Positions 39,455-49,495 of a stretch of DNA of 64,000 nt are shown here, one piece after another; position 1 is the first letter of the stretch, and every line of letters begins with the position of its first letter. Both the position numbers and the translations under genes were made by a program. The notes under the pieces were generated by a model. That model worked only from the letters and a program-made list of their open reading frames with translations, made no database searches and was not told where the DNA came from. The stretch is taken from NCBI GenBank assembly GCA_963781585.1, contig CAWAGQ010000009.1:1-64000 (forward strand). Reading direction: 5' to 3'. Source of the DNA: an uncultured Gemmatimonadaceae bacterium (GTDB taxonomy: Bacteria > Gemmatimonadota > Gemmatimonadetes > Gemmatimonadales > Gemmatimonadaceae).

Positions 39455-40228
39455 GTGGCCAGGACCAATGGCTCAATGGGCGGCTCGACATACCGTCGCA
39501 ATAAACCGGAACTCCCAGTGTCCCATCAGGTTGCGGCAGACGACGCCTCGCCCCGGTCCAGCGGCACCGAGCCTGGCTCGCGGAGGGCGCTCTGCATCGC
39601 GTTCGCAAATTCGGCTCGATGGACGGAGAACCGGCCGCATATGGACAGCCTGTCCAGCGTGGATGGTGTCGCTCAGTGGCTCATGCAATCGGCGCTCATG
39701 GCTCGAACTGACGCAGATGCCGTCATCGAGAGAGCGCGTGTCGACCCCGCATCGGCCGAGCGCGTCGTCTCCATCGTGGCCCATCATCGCAAGGTCGTGC
39801 GAACGCTACTCATCAAGGCGGCAGCCGGGCCCGGTATCAGCGACTCCGATCTCGGGCCGGTGAACGAGCTCCTTGAAGACGCAATGTCCAGGTTCCGCCT
39901 CTGTGCGACTCATTCGGGGATCCGATGGCAGGCGGCCGCCGGGGCCGCCCCGTCGCGCGCGTTGGCAACGATCGCGTGGTCCGCGGTAGACGTGCTCACG
40001 ACGCCGGCCCTGGCGGTCCGGCTGCGCTGTTGCGCGGAACCAGGATGTGGAACGCTGTTTCTCGACCAGAGTCGAAACGCCTCACGCCGATGGTGTGACA
40101 TGCGCGGGTGCGGGAATCGCGCGAAGGCACGTCGTCATTACGCGCGCCGTCGTGGCGCGCGAGGCCCCGGGGAGTTGCGCCGTGTGCCGGTGGAGCCGCG
40201 GGGCGCGCAGGCGGACGGGGTGCGTTAG
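39455..40228 (+). CDS. ABATE / CGNR zinc-finger protein
   Basis: LCIAFANS and CAEPGCGTLFLDQSRNASRRWCDMRGCGNRAKARRH. Start is GTG 39455 or ATG 39476. Confidence 0.88.
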   Translation: MARTNGSMGGSTYRRNKPELPVSHQVAADDASPRSSGTEPGSRRALCIAFANSARWTENRPHMDSLSSVDGVAQWLMQSALMARTDADAVIERARVDPASAERVVSIVAHHRKVVRTLLIKAAAGPGISDSDLGPVNELLEDAMSRFRLCATHSGIRWQAAAGAAPSRALATIAWSAVDVLTTPALAVRLRCCAEPGCGTLFLDQSRNASRRWCDMRGCGNRAKARRHYARRRGARGPGELRRVPVEPRGAQADGVR

Positions 40229-40268
40229 CGGCCCCGCGCTCTTACCTTGAGGCGGCGCTCCCGCGCTC

Positions 40269-40320
40269 GGCGATGGAGTTCGCCGCGTGTGCCAGCGATC
40301 GGCTGGATGATGACTCCTGC
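40269..40320 (+). ncRNA. Fluoride riboswitch (crcB motif)
   Basis: GGCGATGGAGTTCGCC (P1 GGCGA/TCGCC), P2 CCAGC/GCTGG, and GATGACTCCT, whose ACTCC can pseudoknot with loop GGAGT. Lies upstream of a fluC operon. Confidence 0.9.
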
Positions 40321-40362
40321 GCACTTTACGCCACGAGTTGCCTTTCACCGGGACACCGGCCG

Positions 40363-40824
40363 ATGACGAGCGACATCCTCAACGAGCATCAACGACGTCA
40401 CTATCACGTCCTGCTCTCGATGCTCGCCCAGAGCGCCTCACGAGTGGAGGCGTTGTCGACCCCCCGATCGTCCGACGACTCGGCGCTGATCGAGTACCGC
40501 AACGATCTGCCGAACGAGTTTGCGGCTCGCATCGCACCGCATCTGCGATCGCTTCGAGACATGCTCGCGCGGCTGGCGACGGAACTGGACATCGCGCCGA
40601 AGCAGATCTCCCGTCGCAACTCGGTTCGGGCCATTCTCGTCTCCGAGATCGTCCGGATCGAAGACAGCATGGCCGGCGGCCTTCGCGGCTACGGCGAGGT
40701 GGACAGCCGGGTCCGGGAGCGCCTCGATCCCATGCTGGACCAGATGGTGGGGCAACTGCGCGCGATACGGCGGGTGCTCGAAGGCCACGATGGCGCACCG
40801 GCCGATCCCGTCGCGGCGGCGTGA
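40363..40824 (+). CDS. Uncharacterised helical protein, first gene after the fluoride riboswitch
   Basis: 153-aa ORF (LNEHQRRH...LRGYGEV) ending 14 nt before fluC. Confidence 0.78.
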   Translation: MTSDILNEHQRRHYHVLLSMLAQSASRVEALSTPRSSDDSALIEYRNDLPNEFAARIAPHLRSLRDMLARLATELDIAPKQISRRNSVRAILVSEIVRIEDSMAGGLRGYGEVDSRVRERLDPMLDQMVGQLRAIRRVLEGHDGAPADPVAAA

Positions 40825-40838
40825 GGAGGGGGGGGCAC

Positions 40839-41231
40839 ATGATCTTCTGGTTCATCGCGATTGGCAGCGCGTTAGGCGGCGTGAGCCGCTACGCGCTCAG
40901 CGTCGCCATACAGAATCGGTCAGGCGCGGTGTTCCCCGCCGGCACGTTGATCGTAAATGTGACCGGGTCTGTCGTCGCCGCCTTCCTGCTCCGCTACGCG
41001 CTCGAATCGCCGGCGATCACTCCGCAAACGCGTGCCCTGCTGGTGACGGGGTTCTGCGGAGCGTATACGACCTTCTCCACCTTCAGCTACGAAACGGTGA
41101 AGCTGGTGCAGGACGGCGATTATCGCCGGGCGGCACTCAACGTCGTCCTGAACGTGGGGCTGGCGCTGGTGGCCGCGTTCATCGGATTCGCCGCCGCGCA
41201 CGAAGCGCTGCAGCTGCGTCGCCATTTCTGA
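40839..41231 (+). CDS. crcB: Fluoride channel FluC/CrcB
   Basis: GSALGGVSRY, FPAGTLIVNVTGS and GFCGAYTTFSTFSYE. GGAGG RBS. Confidence 0.95.
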   Translation: MIFWFIAIGSALGGVSRYALSVAIQNRSGAVFPAGTLIVNVTGSVVAAFLLRYALESPAITPQTRALLVTGFCGAYTTFSTFSYETVKLVQDGDYRRAALNVVLNVGLALVAAFIGFAAAHEALQLRRHF

Positions 41232-41261
41232 TCGAACTGCTCAACGCGGGAGTGTCCGACC

Positions 41262-41648
41262 ATGCACGGCTTCAAGGGAGAGCGCGTTCTCATGCGAATT
41301 CATCTCGGCGAACGCGATCGGCACCAGGGCAAGCCGCTGTATCAGGCGATCGTGGAGCTGCTCCGGCAGCGCCATTTTGCGGGGGCGACTGTCTTCCGCG
41401 GCATCATGGGATTCGGCGCCAGCGCCAAGCTCCACACCGATCGGCTCGACGTGCTCTCGCTCGACCTCCCGATCGTGGTGGAGTGCGTGGAAACGGACGA
41501 GCGAATCGCGGAGATCCTGCCCGAGCTCGACAACATGATCGGCGGGGGACTCATCACGCTCGAAGGCGCCCGCGTGATCATGTATCGTCCGGAGCTGCCT
41601 CCCGATCGCCGGACGCCCAGCCACGGGATCGACAAGCCGGACGGATAG
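41262..41648 (+). CDS. DUF190 (PII-like) protein
   Basis: LMRIHLGERDRHQGKPLY, AGATVFRGIMGFG and LSLDLPIVVECV. Commonly adjacent to crcB. Confidence 0.9.
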   Translation: MHGFKGERVLMRIHLGERDRHQGKPLYQAIVELLRQRHFAGATVFRGIMGFGASAKLHTDRLDVLSLDLPIVVECVETDERIAEILPELDNMIGGGLITLEGARVIMYRPELPPDRRTPSHGIDKPDG

Positions 41649-41672
41649 CGCAGCGCCCGCTCAACCCCTGTC

Positions 41673-43730
41673 ATGCCCAACCATCTCGCCGGCGAAACCA
41701 GTCCGTATCTGCTGCAGCATGCCGGGAATCCGGTCGACTGGTATCCGTGGGGACCGGAGGCACTGGCCCGTGCCCGTCAGGAAGACAAGCCGATCCTGCT
41801 GAGCATCGGCTACGCGGCGTGCCATTGGTGCCACGTGATGGCCCACGAGTCGTTCGAGGACGCGGAGACGGCGCGCCGGATGAACGACCTGTTCGTGAAC
41901 ATCAAGGTGGATCGCGAGGAGCGTCCGGATCTCGACTCGATCTACATGCAGGCGGTCCAGGCGCTCACCGGACATGGCGGGTGGCCGATGACGGTCTTCC
42001 TCACGCCGGCCGGGGAGCCGTTCTACGGCGGGACCTACTTTCCGCCTGACGATCGACACGGACTGCCGTCCTTCCCACGCGTGCTGGGCGCGGTGGCGGA
42101 TGCCTGGAAGAGCAAGCGCGAGTCGGTGCAGGAGACGGCGCAACATCTGCGTGAGGCATTTCGCACGACGGCATCCGCCCCCACAGCGGCCGGCGACGTG
42201 GACGCGCGAGTGCTCGACGAGGCGTATCGCGGTCTGGCAGGCGATTTCGATCCGCGCTACGCGGGGTTCGGCGGAGCGCCGAAGTTCCCGCCCACCATGT
42301 CCCTCGACTTCCTGCTCCGATATTCGACGCGCACGAACACGCGCCGGGCGCTCGAGATGGCGCTCCAAACGTATCGCGCGATGGTGCGGGGCGGGATCTT
42401 CGATCAGATCGGGGGCGGGCTGCACAGGTACAGCGTGGACGAGCACTGGCTCGTGCCGCACTTCGAGAAGATGCTCTACGACAACGCGCTGTTCGTCCGT
42501 CTGGGCGTGCATCTGTGGCAGGCGACGAAAGATCCCGAACTCCGACGCGCCGTGGAAGCCACCCTCGAGTGGGCGTATCGCGAAATGCGATCGCCCGAAG
42601 GCGGATTCTTTTCTTCTCTCGACGCCGACAGCGAGAGGGAGGAGGGGCGCTTCTATGTGTGGGAGTGCGCCGAGCTCGACGCGGTGCTGGGAGCTGACGC
42701 GGAGGTGGCCCGGACGTACTGGGGGATGACGCGGGAGGGCAACTTCGAGGGCCGGAACATTCCCTTCGTTCCGGATGAGGTGTCGGCGGCCGCCGTGCGC
42801 TGCGGCATCGATCCGGACCGGCTTCCGGTCATTATCGAGCGATCCCGAACGGCGCTGCTCGACGCGCGTGGCACCCGCACCCGTCCCGGGCGCGACGACA
42901 AGATCATCGGCGCATGGAATGGCCTCATGGTGCGTGCGATCGCCGAGTCGGCGCGGGTAATGGAACGACCGGTGGACAGGACCGCCGCACTCACTGGAGG
43001 AGAGTTCCTCTGGAGCCATCTGGTGCGCGATGGGCGTGTGGCGCGCTCCTTCAACCGTGGCATCGTGAAGGGACCGGGTTTCCTCGACGACCAGGCCGCG
43101 GTTGGCCTGGCGTTCGCCGACCTGTACGCGCTGACCTTCGATCGCCAATGGTTCGCGCGCGCGACCCTCGTCGCCGACCAGCTCGTGGCGTGCTTCCTGG
43201 ACGAGGAATCCGGGCTGCTGTTCGACACGGCGAGCGATCACGAAGCCCTTCTCGTGCGCCCACGCGATGTCGCGGACAACGCGACGCCCTCGGGAACGTC
43301 GCTGGCGGCGGAATTCCTCTGGCGGATGGCGGAATTGAGCGGCAGAGCGCCCCTCGCTGCCATCGCGACCGACGCGGTGCGTCGCTCAGCCGCGCTCCTC
43401 GGCCGCTATCCGAACGCGTTCGGCCATCTCCTCGGCGTGGCCGACGGGCTGGTGTTCGGCGCGGTGCAGGTGGCGGTGGTGGGAGCGCCGGGAGACACCG
43501 ATGTCGCCGAGCTCGTCAGATGCGTTGGAAGCCGATACGTGCCCTCGCTGGTGCTGGCAGGTGGCGAGCCGGCGGACTCGCAGGAGCCCATTGCCCTGTT
43601 AAGGGGTCGAAGGCCGGCCGGCCCCGCGACGGCCTACGTTTGTCGAGGTTACGCGTGCGATGCCCCCACCACACTACCGGCAGAGCTGGCGGATCAGCTC
43701 GCTCGTGCCACGACGGGGGAGCCCGGGTAG
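41673..43730 (+). CDS. Thioredoxin-domain protein (YyaL/DUF255 family)
   Basis: [50 protein letters not shown] and [11 protein letters not shown]. Confidence 0.92.
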   Translation: MPNHLAGETSPYLLQHAGNPVDWYPWGPEALARARQEDKPILLSIGYAACHWCHVMAHESFEDAETARRMNDLFVNIKVDREERPDLDSIYMQAVQALTGHGGWPMTVFLTPAGEPFYGGTYFPPDDRHGLPSFPRVLGAVADAWKSKRESVQETAQHLREAFRTTASAPTAAGDVDARVLDEAYRGLAGDFDPRYAGFGGAPKFPPTMSLDFLLRYSTRTNTRRALEMALQTYRAMVRGGIFDQIGGGLHRYSVDEHWLVPHFEKMLYDNALFVRLGVHLWQATKDPELRRAVEATLEWAYREMRSPEGGFFSSLDADSEREEGRFYVWECAELDAVLGADAEVARTYWGMTREGNFEGRNIPFVPDEVSAAAVRCGIDPDRLPVIIERSRTALLDARGTRTRPGRDDKIIGAWNGLMVRAIAESARVMERPVDRTAALTGGEFLWSHLVRDGRVARSFNRGIVKGPGFLDDQAAVGLAFADLYALTFDRQWFARATLVADQLVACFLDEESGLLFDTASDHEALLVRPRDVADNATPSGTSLAAEFLWRMAELSGRAPLAAIATDAVRRSAALLGRYPNAFGHLLGVADGLVFGAVQVAVVGAPGDTDVAELVRCVGSRYVPSLVLAGGEPADSQEPIALLRGRRPAGPATAYVCRGYACDAPTTLPAELADQLARATTGEPG

Positions 43731-44142
43731 CGGCGGCGGAATCAGGTCGGCGGGACGCCCGGGCCGGTGGTGAAGGCCGGGCGGGTTCCGCGGGCCCAAA
43801 CACTCGCGCCCGCGGCTCCAGCGTGAGACCTCGGGGGACGGGGGCCCGAGCCCTGAACGTGTCATACGAGTGATGCAATCGGGCACGTCGCTTGCCCCCT
43901 CGGTTCGCAGTTATCGTCCGTTCGGGTCGGTCGTCCCTACCCGGGGCACATGGTGACGTGGGCTCTGGCATGGAGGCGTGCCAGGGTGTTGTTATCTTGC
44001 CACAGAGTCTCTCGGCCTGCGCCTGCAGCGGATCGTCCTGGATGGCAGCTGCCCGCCGTGTGAGAGCAGGGGGTCACACGCCAGATGCGTCGTGGCGGTG
44101 TGGCCGAGCTATCGGATTCTCACGGAGTTGAGTCGACAGCGT

Positions 44143-45570
44143 ATGCAAAGAGCGCGGATCTCGTTGCGGGGACATTGGCCGGCACCAAGGGCAGCGTGGT
44201 ACCTCGGGCTCTCGTTTGCCCTTGGCCTGCTGGGCTCTGGGTGCACAACGCCTACCAGCACGGTCTCGGTGGCGCAGATCAACCTGACGCCGGGATCCGA
44301 TTCAATTGAAGCCGGGCAGGTCTATCCGGGTTTCAAGGTCTCGATGGTGGACAAGAACGGCCAGGTGTTGACCGGCCGGAAGCTGCAATGGACCACAACC
44401 GACCCCGCGACGGCTACGGTTGACGAGTCGGGGCACGTGACGGGAGTCGGCGTCGGCCAAACCGATGTCACGGCGAGCGTCGATGGCCGCAGGGCGACGT
44501 CCACCATCCGCGTGATCACCCCCGTTGCGCAGATCCTGCTTTCTCCCGACACCGCTGACGTGGCGCTGACCACGACGCGAACGCTTTCGGTGCAGCTCAT
44601 CGGGCCGCATGGCGAAGCGGTGGTGGGGCGTGTGATCTCCTGGGCCAGCTCGAATCCAGGGGTGGCCACCGCCGCCCCCAGCGGTCCCCTCGGGGCCGTG
44701 GTCACTGCTGTGTCGATAGGCTCCGCGACCATCACGGCGTCGGCCGGCACGAAGACCGCCACCGCCGCCATCACGATCATCGAAGAGCCGGTGCTGAGTG
44801 TCTTGATCTCTCCGGGTGTGCCGGTTCAGGTGGTGCGCCTGACTCAGAGCTTCCAACTGGCGGCCACGTGCTACGGCGCGACCGGCGTCCTCCCCGGACG
44901 CACTGTTGCCTGGACGTCCAGCAATCCATCGGCAGTGCCCGTTGGTCCCACCGGGCTTGTCGCCGGCAATGCGATCGGATCGGCGACGATCACGGCCAAC
45001 TGCGGTGGAAAGATTGCGCAGATTACCATCCAGGTGACGCCGGTGCCGGTCAGCCAGGTCACGGTGACACCGCCGTCCCTGACGTTATCGGTTGGTCAGC
45101 TGCAGCAGCTGGCTGCCACCGCGAAGGACAGCGCCGGCAACGTACTGTCCCTCCTCACACGGCAGGTCATCTGGACTACCGACAATCTGCTGATCGCGTC
45201 GGTCTCGGGCGCGGGGGTGGTCGCGGGCAGCCAGGCCGGCACCGCGAATATCCAAGTGATCGTTGACGGCGTGGCGAGCAACGTGGTGCCGGTGCTGGTC
45301 GAGAACGTGCCGGTGGCCTCGGTGCAGGTCACCAGTCCGACCCCCTCGCCGAAGGTCGGGACGCAGACTCAGCTCAACGTCATTCTCCGCGATGCCAACG
45401 GCAGCCAGCTCTCCCCCAATGGTCGGCAGATTACGTGGTCGAGCTCGAATAACGCCGTGGCCACGGTGTCGATTAACGGACTCGTCACGGCGCTCGCGGT
45501 GGGGCCGGTCACCATCAGTGCGATGTGCGAAGGACAGACCGGCTTCGTGAACCTGACAGTCATTCCCTGA
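44143..45570 (+). CDS. Lipoprotein with five tandem Ig-like (Big_2) domains
   Basis: Lipobox LGSGC and five repeats of VxxVxxxP...WxSSNxxVATV...GxVT. Confidence 0.85.
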   Translation: MQRARISLRGHWPAPRAAWYLGLSFALGLLGSGCTTPTSTVSVAQINLTPGSDSIEAGQVYPGFKVSMVDKNGQVLTGRKLQWTTTDPATATVDESGHVTGVGVGQTDVTASVDGRRATSTIRVITPVAQILLSPDTADVALTTTRTLSVQLIGPHGEAVVGRVISWASSNPGVATAAPSGPLGAVVTAVSIGSATITASAGTKTATAAITIIEEPVLSVLISPGVPVQVVRLTQSFQLAATCYGATGVLPGRTVAWTSSNPSAVPVGPTGLVAGNAIGSATITANCGGKIAQITIQVTPVPVSQVTVTPPSLTLSVGQLQQLAATAKDSAGNVLSLLTRQVIWTTDNLLIASVSGAGVVAGSQAGTANIQVIVDGVASNVVPVLVENVPVASVQVTSPTPSPKVGTQTQLNVILRDANGSQLSPNGRQITWSSSNNAVATVSINGLVTALAVGPVTISAMCEGQTGFVNLTVIP

Positions 45571-45575
45571 CGGAT

Positions 45576-45797
45576 TCACAGATCGGCACAGGTCTGCAGG
45601 ATCGTCCTGCAGTTACGACAGACGATCTTGCACCGGATCTCCATCAGGTCACGTGAACCGCAGATATCACACCGTGCTGGAACCGTCGACGCGGACGGAT
45701 TCACGGGGCCCGCCGCAGGGTTCGCCGCATGGCCGCCGGCCGACGATGTGTCGCCGGAGCCGGTCCCATGACCGTTTGGCAGTGGTGTCCTGAGCAT
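45576..45797 (-). CDS. Small Cys-rich zinc-finger-like protein (~73 aa)
   Basis: C-terminus CDICGSRDLMEIRCKIVCRNCRTILQTCADL (6 Cys). Follows nadC on the same strand. Start uncertain. Confidence 0.6.
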   Translation of the reverse strand: MLRTPLPNGHGTGSGDTSSAGGHAANPAAGPVNPSASTVPARCDICGSRDLMEIRCKIVCRNCRTILQTCADL

Positions 45798-45835
45798 CTC
45801 GGGGCCGGCGTGGCCGCGCCCAGTGCGCCTCGGCG

Positions 45836-46762
45836 CTACTCGAAGTCCACGGCGAGGTTCATCGCCGGCGCCGAATGGGTGAGCGCACCAATGGAGATGA
45901 CGTCGACCCCGGTCTCGGCGATCGCGCGGACGTTGTCGAGATTGACTCCTCCTGAGGCTTCGAGCTGTACGCGCCCAAGCGCAATGCGCACGCACTCGCG
46001 CATGAGAGTCACGGGCATGTTGTCGAGGAGGACGATGTCGGCGCCGGCGGACGCGGCCGCTTCGACCTGATCCGCGGTGAGACATTCCACTTCGATCCGG
46101 GCACCCGCCGGCGCCAGGTCACGCGCCCGGCGCACAGCGAGCGCCACGTTGCCGTCGACCGCGGCGAGGTGGTTATCCTTGATGAGAATCGACGTAGCCA
46201 GGTCCATCCGATGGTTGGTACCGCCGCCGGCGCGGACCGCGTACTTCTCGAGACTGCGCCAGCCCGGGGTGGTCTTCCGCGTATCGTAGATCTTCGCGTG
46301 GGTGCCCCGGACGGCATCGACGAACTTCGCGGTGAGCGTCGCGACTCCCGAGAGACGCTGCATGAAATTGAGCGCGACGCGCTCAGCCGACAGAATCCCG
46401 CGGGCGTGTCCGGTGAGGAACAGGATGGTGTCGCCCTTCACGGCGCGCCGGCCGTCTTCCAGGTCCACGCGCATGGAGATCTTGGGATCGAGCAGGCGAA
46501 AGGTCTCGAGCGCGAAGGGGATTCCGGCGATGGTGCCGCTCTGTCGGGCCACCAGCGCGGCACGCGCGTGGCGCTCCGAGAGCACGGTGGCAATGGTTGT
46601 TACGTCGTTGAAGGCCCCGTCTTCCTCGAGCGCGTCGCGCACCCGCGTCATCAGCTGCTCGCGCGTGAGCGGAAACCGGAGGCGATCGGAGGCGTTGACC
46701 GCCGGCACCTGGAGCGGTGTGACGCGTCGCGGGGGCATGGCGCCGGGCTCTGGCGTGGTCAT
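45836..46762 (-). CDS. nadC: Nicotinate-nucleotide diphosphorylase (quinolinate phosphoribosyltransferase)
   Basis: ALEED, ERVALNF, DTRKTTPG, NHRMDL, IKDNH, LLDNM and EASGG. Confidence 0.95.
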   Translation of the reverse strand: MTTPEPGAMPPRRVTPLQVPAVNASDRLRFPLTREQLMTRVRDALEEDGAFNDVTTIATVLSERHARAALVARQSGTIAGIPFALETFRLLDPKISMRVDLEDGRRAVKGDTILFLTGHARGILSAERVALNFMQRLSGVATLTAKFVDAVRGTHAKIYDTRKTTPGWRSLEKYAVRAGGGTNHRMDLATSILIKDNHLAAVDGNVALAVRRARDLAPAGARIEVECLTADQVEAAASAGADIVLLDNMPVTLMRECVRIALGRVQLEASGGVNLDNVRAIAETGVDVISIGALTHSAPAMNLAVDFE

Positions 46763-46788
46763 GCGATTCTCCTTACCGGTGCGGAGCG

Positions 46789-47811
46789 CTACTCGCCTGG
46801 ATCCAGGGCGGGAGCGGCAGTGGAGGACGGTTGCCTGGATCCCCCCACGGCGACCATCCGTTCCAGGGCGCGTCTTGCGCGATCAGCGATCTCGGGAGCC
46901 ACTACAATACGATGCTCCATACGTTCCAGCGAGCGGAGCAGCTTGGGGAGCGTCGTCATCTTCATGTACTGACATTCTGCTCGTTCACTGGCCGGCAGAA
47001 ACGTCTTGTCGGGATTTGCACGCCGCAGCCGGTAGAGGATCCCGGTCTCGGTCGCGACGATGAATTCACGCGCCGGCGAGCGCGCGGGTCGCTGGATCAT
47101 TCCTTCCGTGGACAGAATCTGCACGCTGTCCGACGGGATGGCGCCCGCGGAAACAGCCTCCAATACGTTGGTGGAGCACCCGCATTCCGGATGCACCAGC
47201 ACTTCCGCACCCGGGTGCTCGGCGCGCTGCCGGGCAAGAGTCTGGGGCGTGATACCGGCGTGGACATGACACTCGCCCATCCAGATGTGCATGTTCTGGC
47301 GGCCGGTAACGCGGCGTACGTGAGCGCCGAGGAACAGGTCGGGAAGAAACAGCACGTCGGTTGCGAGGGGAATCGACCGGACGATCTCGACGGCATTGCC
47401 CGAGGTGCAGCAGTAGTCGCTCTCCGCTTTCACTTCGGCGGTGGTGTTCACGTAGGAGACAACGACGGCCCCGGGATGTTCGGCCTTCCAGGCCCGCAGC
47501 TGTTCGGCGTCGATGGTCTCTGCAAGCGAGCAGCCGGCTGCCAGGTCCGGGAGAAGAACGGTCCTGGAGGGCGAGAGGATGGCCGCCGTTTCCGCCATGA
47601 AATGGACGCCGCAGAAGACGATCACGTCGGCGCTGGTCCGGGCTGCCTCGCGGCTGAGTCCGAGTGAGTCACCGACGAAGTCCGCGCAGTCCTGGACTTC
47701 GGGGCGTTCATAGTTGTGGGCGAGTATGACGGCATTCCGGTCGCGGGCCATGGCGCGGATTTCGTTTCGCAGTCCAGTGGGCACGGCCGGTTCAGTGGTG
47801 AGTGTGCTCAT
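46789..47811 (-). CDS. nadA: Quinolinate synthase
   Basis: ILAHNYE, GDSL, FCGVHFMAET, AGCSLA, YVNT, CHVH, HPEC and CQYMK. Confidence 0.95.
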   Translation of the reverse strand: MSTLTTEPAVPTGLRNEIRAMARDRNAVILAHNYERPEVQDCADFVGDSLGLSREAARTSADVIVFCGVHFMAETAAILSPSRTVLLPDLAAGCSLAETIDAEQLRAWKAEHPGAVVVSYVNTTAEVKAESDYCCTSGNAVEIVRSIPLATDVLFLPDLFLGAHVRRVTGRQNMHIWMGECHVHAGITPQTLARQRAEHPGAEVLVHPECGCSTNVLEAVSAGAIPSDSVQILSTEGMIQRPARSPAREFIVATETGILYRLRRANPDKTFLPASERAECQYMKMTTLPKLLRSLERMEHRIVVAPEIADRARRALERMVAVGGSRQPSSTAAPALDPGE

Positions 47812-47983
47812 GGGCGAAATGTAGAGGCCTGATGGCGCGCGGGGGCATGACGCGGCGGTGACGATGGGGAGCGACCCTGTTCGTGGGGCGGGACTGGCGG
47901 CTGCCATACCGCCGTGACGGCGGCGCGCAATCCTGTTCGCGGTGGCCTCCCCAGCGGCGCGCCGGGCGACCGTCAGGACCGGG

Positions 47984-49495
47984 TCACCACTCGAAGTGCC
48001 TGTGCCCCCATCCGCGGCGTTTCCTGGGAAAGTCGCTGCGGTAGTGTCCTCCCCGGGATTCCTTTCGCGCCAGCGCTGCTTTCGCCACCAGGGACGCCGT
48101 CTCGCACATGTTGCGCTCCTCGGTGGCACCGGCAGGGAGTCGCTCGCGAATCTCGGCCAGCGTCCGGAGACACGCGCGAAGCCCGCGCGCGTTGCGGTCG
48201 ATCGCCGCGTGTTCCCACATGACGGCACGGACGGCGTCGGACGCCACCTGGGCGGCACCCCGGTCAGGGAGCGGCGGCACGCTCCAGCGTCCTGCGCGAC
48301 GGGGGGCGGCAGCGCGGGGCACGGACTCGAGATCGCGGGCCACGCGTTCCGCGAAGACGAGCCCTTCCAGGAGCGAGTTGGAGGCCAGGCGGTTGGCCCC
48401 GTGCACGCCGGTGCACGACACTTCACCGCAGGCATAGAGATGCGGCGTCCCGGACCGGCCCCGCAGGTCGGTGACGATGCCGCCCATCATGTAGTGCGCA
48501 GCCGGCGTGACCGGAATCAGGTCGTGCCGCGGGTCGATACCCCGGGCGAGACAAATGGCGAAGATGCCCGGGAAGCGCTCCGGGAAGTGATCGCCTAACG
48601 AACGGGCGTCGAGCCAGACCCGCCCGGTGCGTTGGCGCTCCCTGAAGATCTCGCGCGCCACGACGTCGCGTGGCGCGAGCTCGGCCGCCCGATGCCGTCG
48701 CGGCATGAACCGTTTCAGATCCCCGTTCAGGAGCACCGCTCCCTCTCCCCTCACCGCTTCGGAGATGAGCGACAGCGGGTTTTCCCGCGCATCGAGGGCG
48801 GTGGGATGGAACTGAACGAACTCCATGTCGGCCAGGCGCACGCCGGCGCGGTGGGCGACGGCGTAGCCGTCACCGGTGGCCACGATGGGATTGGTCGTAT
48901 AGCGATAGATCTGACCGCAGCCGCCGGTGGCGAGCACGGTGGCGTCGGCTCTGATCTCCACCGGCTGCCCTCGCACGCTCGCCCGAACGCCGGCGCATCG
49001 ACCGGACTCGACGATCAGCTCCAGCACCCGGGCCTTCTCCAGCGCGCGTGTTCGGGCGCTTTCGCGCACCCGCTCCACGAGGGTGCGCGCAACTTCGGCG
49101 CCGGTGCGGTCGCCGTGCGAATGGACGATGCGCCGCCGCGAATGCGCGGCTTCCCGCCCGAGCGCGAGGGTCCCGGCCGGCGTGAGGTCGAACTCGACAC
49201 CCGCAAGCTGGAGCTCGCGAACGCGAGCCGGACCTTCCTCCACCAGCACCTTCACGGCGCGCTCGTCACAGAGCGCGGCCCCGGCGGCCAGCGTGTCCCG
49301 GCGGTGCAGCGCCGGAGAGTCACCTGCGCCGAGGGCGGCGGCGATGCCACCCTGGGCGTAGGCGGTCGCGCTGTCAAAGAGAGATCGCTTGGTCAGCACG
49401 ACCACGTCGCCGTGCTGCGCCGCCCGCCACGCCGTGTGAAGCCCCGCGACGCCACTCCCGACCACCAGGAATCGCGTTCGCATCAGAGATGGCAT
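47984..49495 (-). CDS. nadB: L-aspartate oxidase
   Basis: GSGVAG, AQGGIAA, EAAHSRRRIVH, EFVQFHPT, SEAVRGEG, HYMMGG and HGANRLASNSLLE. Confidence 0.95.
   Translation of the reverse strand: MPSLMRTRFLVVGSGVAGLHTAWRAAQHGDVVVLTKRSLFDSATAYAQGGIAAALGAGDSPALHRRDTLAAGAALCDERAVKVLVEEGPARVRELQLAGVEFDLTPAGTLALGREAAHSRRRIVHSHGDRTGAEVARTLVERVRESARTRALEKARVLELIVESGRCAGVRASVRGQPVEIRADATVLATGGCGQIYRYTTNPIVATGDGYAVAHRAGVRLADMEFVQFHPTALDARENPLSLISEAVRGEGAVLLNGDLKRFMPRRHRAAELAPRDVVAREIFRERQRTGRVWLDARSLGDHFPERFPGIFAICLARGIDPRHDLIPVTPAAHYMMGGIVTDLRGRSGTPHLYACGEVSCTGVHGANRLASNSLLEGLVFAERVARDLESVPRAAAPRRAGRWSVPPLPDRGAAQVASDAVRAVMWEHAAIDRNARGLRACLRTLAEIRERLPAGATEERNMCETASLVAKAALARKESRGGHYRSDFPRKRRGWGHRHFEW

Noticed and set aside
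43965..43984. TGGCATGGAGGCGTGCCA as a sigma54 promoter
   Set aside because: GG-to-GC spacing is 11 nt on both strands, not the required 10.
47812..47983. Possible NAD+ (nadA motif) riboswitch between nadB and nadA
   Set aside because: No match to the aptamer consensus as I recall it. A -10 hexamer 6 nt before the ATG suggests nadA is leaderless.
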